Of a DNA stretch of 46,440 nucleotides, positions 45,001-46,440 are shown in pieces; within the stretch, counting starts at the first letter, position 1; the number at the start of each line of letters is the position of its first letter. Source of the stretch: Chromera velia (lineage: Eukaryota); the NCBI GenBank assembly GCA_018398765.1, contig JAHBMJ010000501.1, positions 1-46,440 on the forward strand, in the 5' to 3' direction. A model generated the notes under the pieces. It was not told where the DNA came from. It ran no database searches and saw only the letters and a program-made list of their open reading frames with translations. The position numbers and the translations under genes were made by a program.

Positions 45001-46440
45001 GGAGCAATGGCAGGGTTGGATGGATTGTAATCAATGTAGGGAAAAGCCTGCAGTCTGTGGTTTTCATCGATGAGGCTGCGAGCGCTGCAAGGTATGCGAA
45101 GGCGCTCAGGCAAGACACTGTCAAGTACCTCATCAGCCATCCTTTTCGTTTAGTCCTCATCTGGGTTCGTGTCTCCTCGCTCACGCATCTCCTCTCTCGC
45201 TGCTGAATGGTATTCGTCAAACCTCTCTAGATGGAAGAGGTGAACGCGACTAAAGATCCAGCTCTTGTCAGGTGGGTGGAAAGGCAGTCGGGAGGGATCA
45301 GAGGCGTTTGGTCCTTCGTTTTCAAGCAGGAATTTGAGGAGGTTGTTTGGGAGGGAGCAGAAAGATATTTTTAGGAGACGTGTCATGATAGCTTGAGCCT
45401 CCTCATTTTCTTATGCAGGGGCAAGCACGCGCTCAACATCGAACAGACACTGGTCCCCCCGACCCACTGGCAGATGCAGAAGGTTGTTCTTTCCACTGAA
45501 AAAACCAATCAGTTGTTCCGAATCCCCTGTGCCATCTTTTGTAGGTTGGACAATCGCAAACTCCCTGTCTTCAACACTTGGTAGCCAGTGGCTGGTTGGG
45601 TAGACTGCCAAAGGTGCGGACTGGGGGTATCCCTTTTTTCGCAACGCCCGCCTCCATACCATAGAGGGGACCGAGGTGGGGGGCTGTCCATCAGTCGTTT
45701 TAAGGGTGTACGGTTTCAGTTGTCTGAGAAGGATTCTCTTGAGGGGATCTGGGACTTCAATGGCACCGTCTTTCGGTTCTATTTGCAGCGTGGCCCCACT
45801 AACGACCCTGCACTCATCCGTAGCACCATCGAGGAGGACGCGTATGGGGTACTCTCCCTACGTCTTGGGTCGTGGCACAGAAGTGCATATCCGTTGAAGG
45901 CTTCTCAGCAACATGGGGATGTTGACGAGCCAACGTTCCTCCATGCCGGTGCCACTGGCAGGTTCATTCGCTGGCAAGGCTCTCTTGTGAGTGAGCCTGA
46001 CAGATCGGCCTTCCTTCAAAGAACCAACAACCGCTCCATTCTCAGGCTGCATTTCTGATTGTATTTGCCTAGCTGGTCCTAACATCAACGTGGTCAACTG
46101 AGAAGAAGCTTCGGGGTCAAGGGGTTGGGGAGGTGCAAAGGGGTGGGATGTCGAGGAGGAGGAGAAGTTCGACTGATGTTCTTCTGTCAGGGTCCTCTGT
46201 AAGACCCGTATCGTTTTTCCCGATTGACCATCATTGGAAAAGGGGTCTCCGGGGGCATAATCAGACACAAGTGGAGGTTCGGCTCCATTTGGGAGGTGGA
46301 GCACTAGGCCTGGGCCTCTGACAGAGGACAAAGGCTGACTCTAGGTTAGGATGGCAGCACCGGCAAAAGATGAGGAAGAGGACGAACCTGTGTTTATCCA
46401 AGTGTCAGTCCAAACTGAGTAATTTCCTGATCGCTGAGCA
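42027..46440 (-). pseudogene. gag-protease-like long reading frame (about 1470 codons) interrupted by 8 stop codons
   Basis: ORFs 45858-46331, 45411-45662, 45150-45386, 44409-44909, 43257-44243 and 42027-43202 all lie in one frame, with stops at 46341, 45858, 45411, 45150, 44979, 44409, 44265 and 43257. Contains CNIC-x11-H-x4-C plus further Cys, and the DTAS protease motif. Confidence 0.65.
42085..42265 (-). repeat. Three 60-bp coding tandem repeats (MQLVEQQEEAPPPAPESAEP) in the retroelement
   Basis: GAGCTTCCTCCTGCTGCT recurs at 60-bp spacing. Confidence 0.9.

Larger units (their letters stand above)
36782..46440 (-). mobile_element. Degenerate LTR-type retrotransposon with Ty1/copia domain order (gag-like, PR, IN, RT, RNase H); 5' part runs off the window and LTRs were not delimited
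   Basis: PR motif VVADTASSIDIM (about 43200); integrase HHCC (HQEVGH...CNTC, about 40970-41085) and core (VDT...TDNGSEF...NGLLEHRH); copia-type RT (ELDKF, FKSRWVIRGDQD, DVDNAFLQA, YGLSES, YVDD); RNase H (TDVSF, KSTTDTE, SDS, NLADPLTK). Confidence 0.9.

Noticed and set aside
45815..45845. IRVLLDGATD as a second aspartic-protease motif
   Set aside because: It lacks the D-(T/S)-G spacing, and a better motif (ADTAS) lies at the expected position near 43195.
7042..46343. Stop-codon reassignment suggested by in-frame TGA/TAG/TAA in several frames
   Set aside because: The 940-codon protease model has no internal stops, uses TGG for Trp and ends at TGA. The stops are confined to transposon relics and one duplicated exon.

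Overview
Eukaryotic, intron-rich, microsatellite-rich genomic DNA. The likely source is an alveolate of the chromerid/apicomplexan group such as Chromera; this is inferred from a plasmepsin V/ASP5-type protease, TGCATGCA motifs and the style of the LRR protein. From left to right the window holds: (1) part of a spliced LRR-like gene on the minus strand, running off the window start; (2) a spliced membrane-protein gene (4.2-8.2 kb) with 12-aa GSSLS repeats, two duplicated Sushi-like exons (one with TGA at the conserved Trp) and a TM/coiled-coil/C-terminal domain that has an inverted paralogue at 32.7-33.3 kb; (3) a WD40 gene with a 1-nt frameshift, head-to-head with an 11-exon plasmepsin V/ASP5-like aspartic protease of about 940 aa; (4) a 4.3-kb element bounded by 30-bp terminal inverted repeats (27185-31491) containing a 5'-truncated LINE, apparent captured exons and a 145-bp tandem array whose units look like intron+exon; (5) a degenerate Ty1/copia-order retrotransposon of more than 9.6 kb with a gypsy-like integrase and a zinc knuckle after RNase H. 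Comparison of repeat copies shows a purely transitional, C->T/G->A-biased (CpG and CpA) substitution pattern, and TpA-rich islands are present, together suggesting RIP-like or methylation-driven repeat mutagenesis. All gene models were built by hand from splice signals and frame continuity; no database searches were run.
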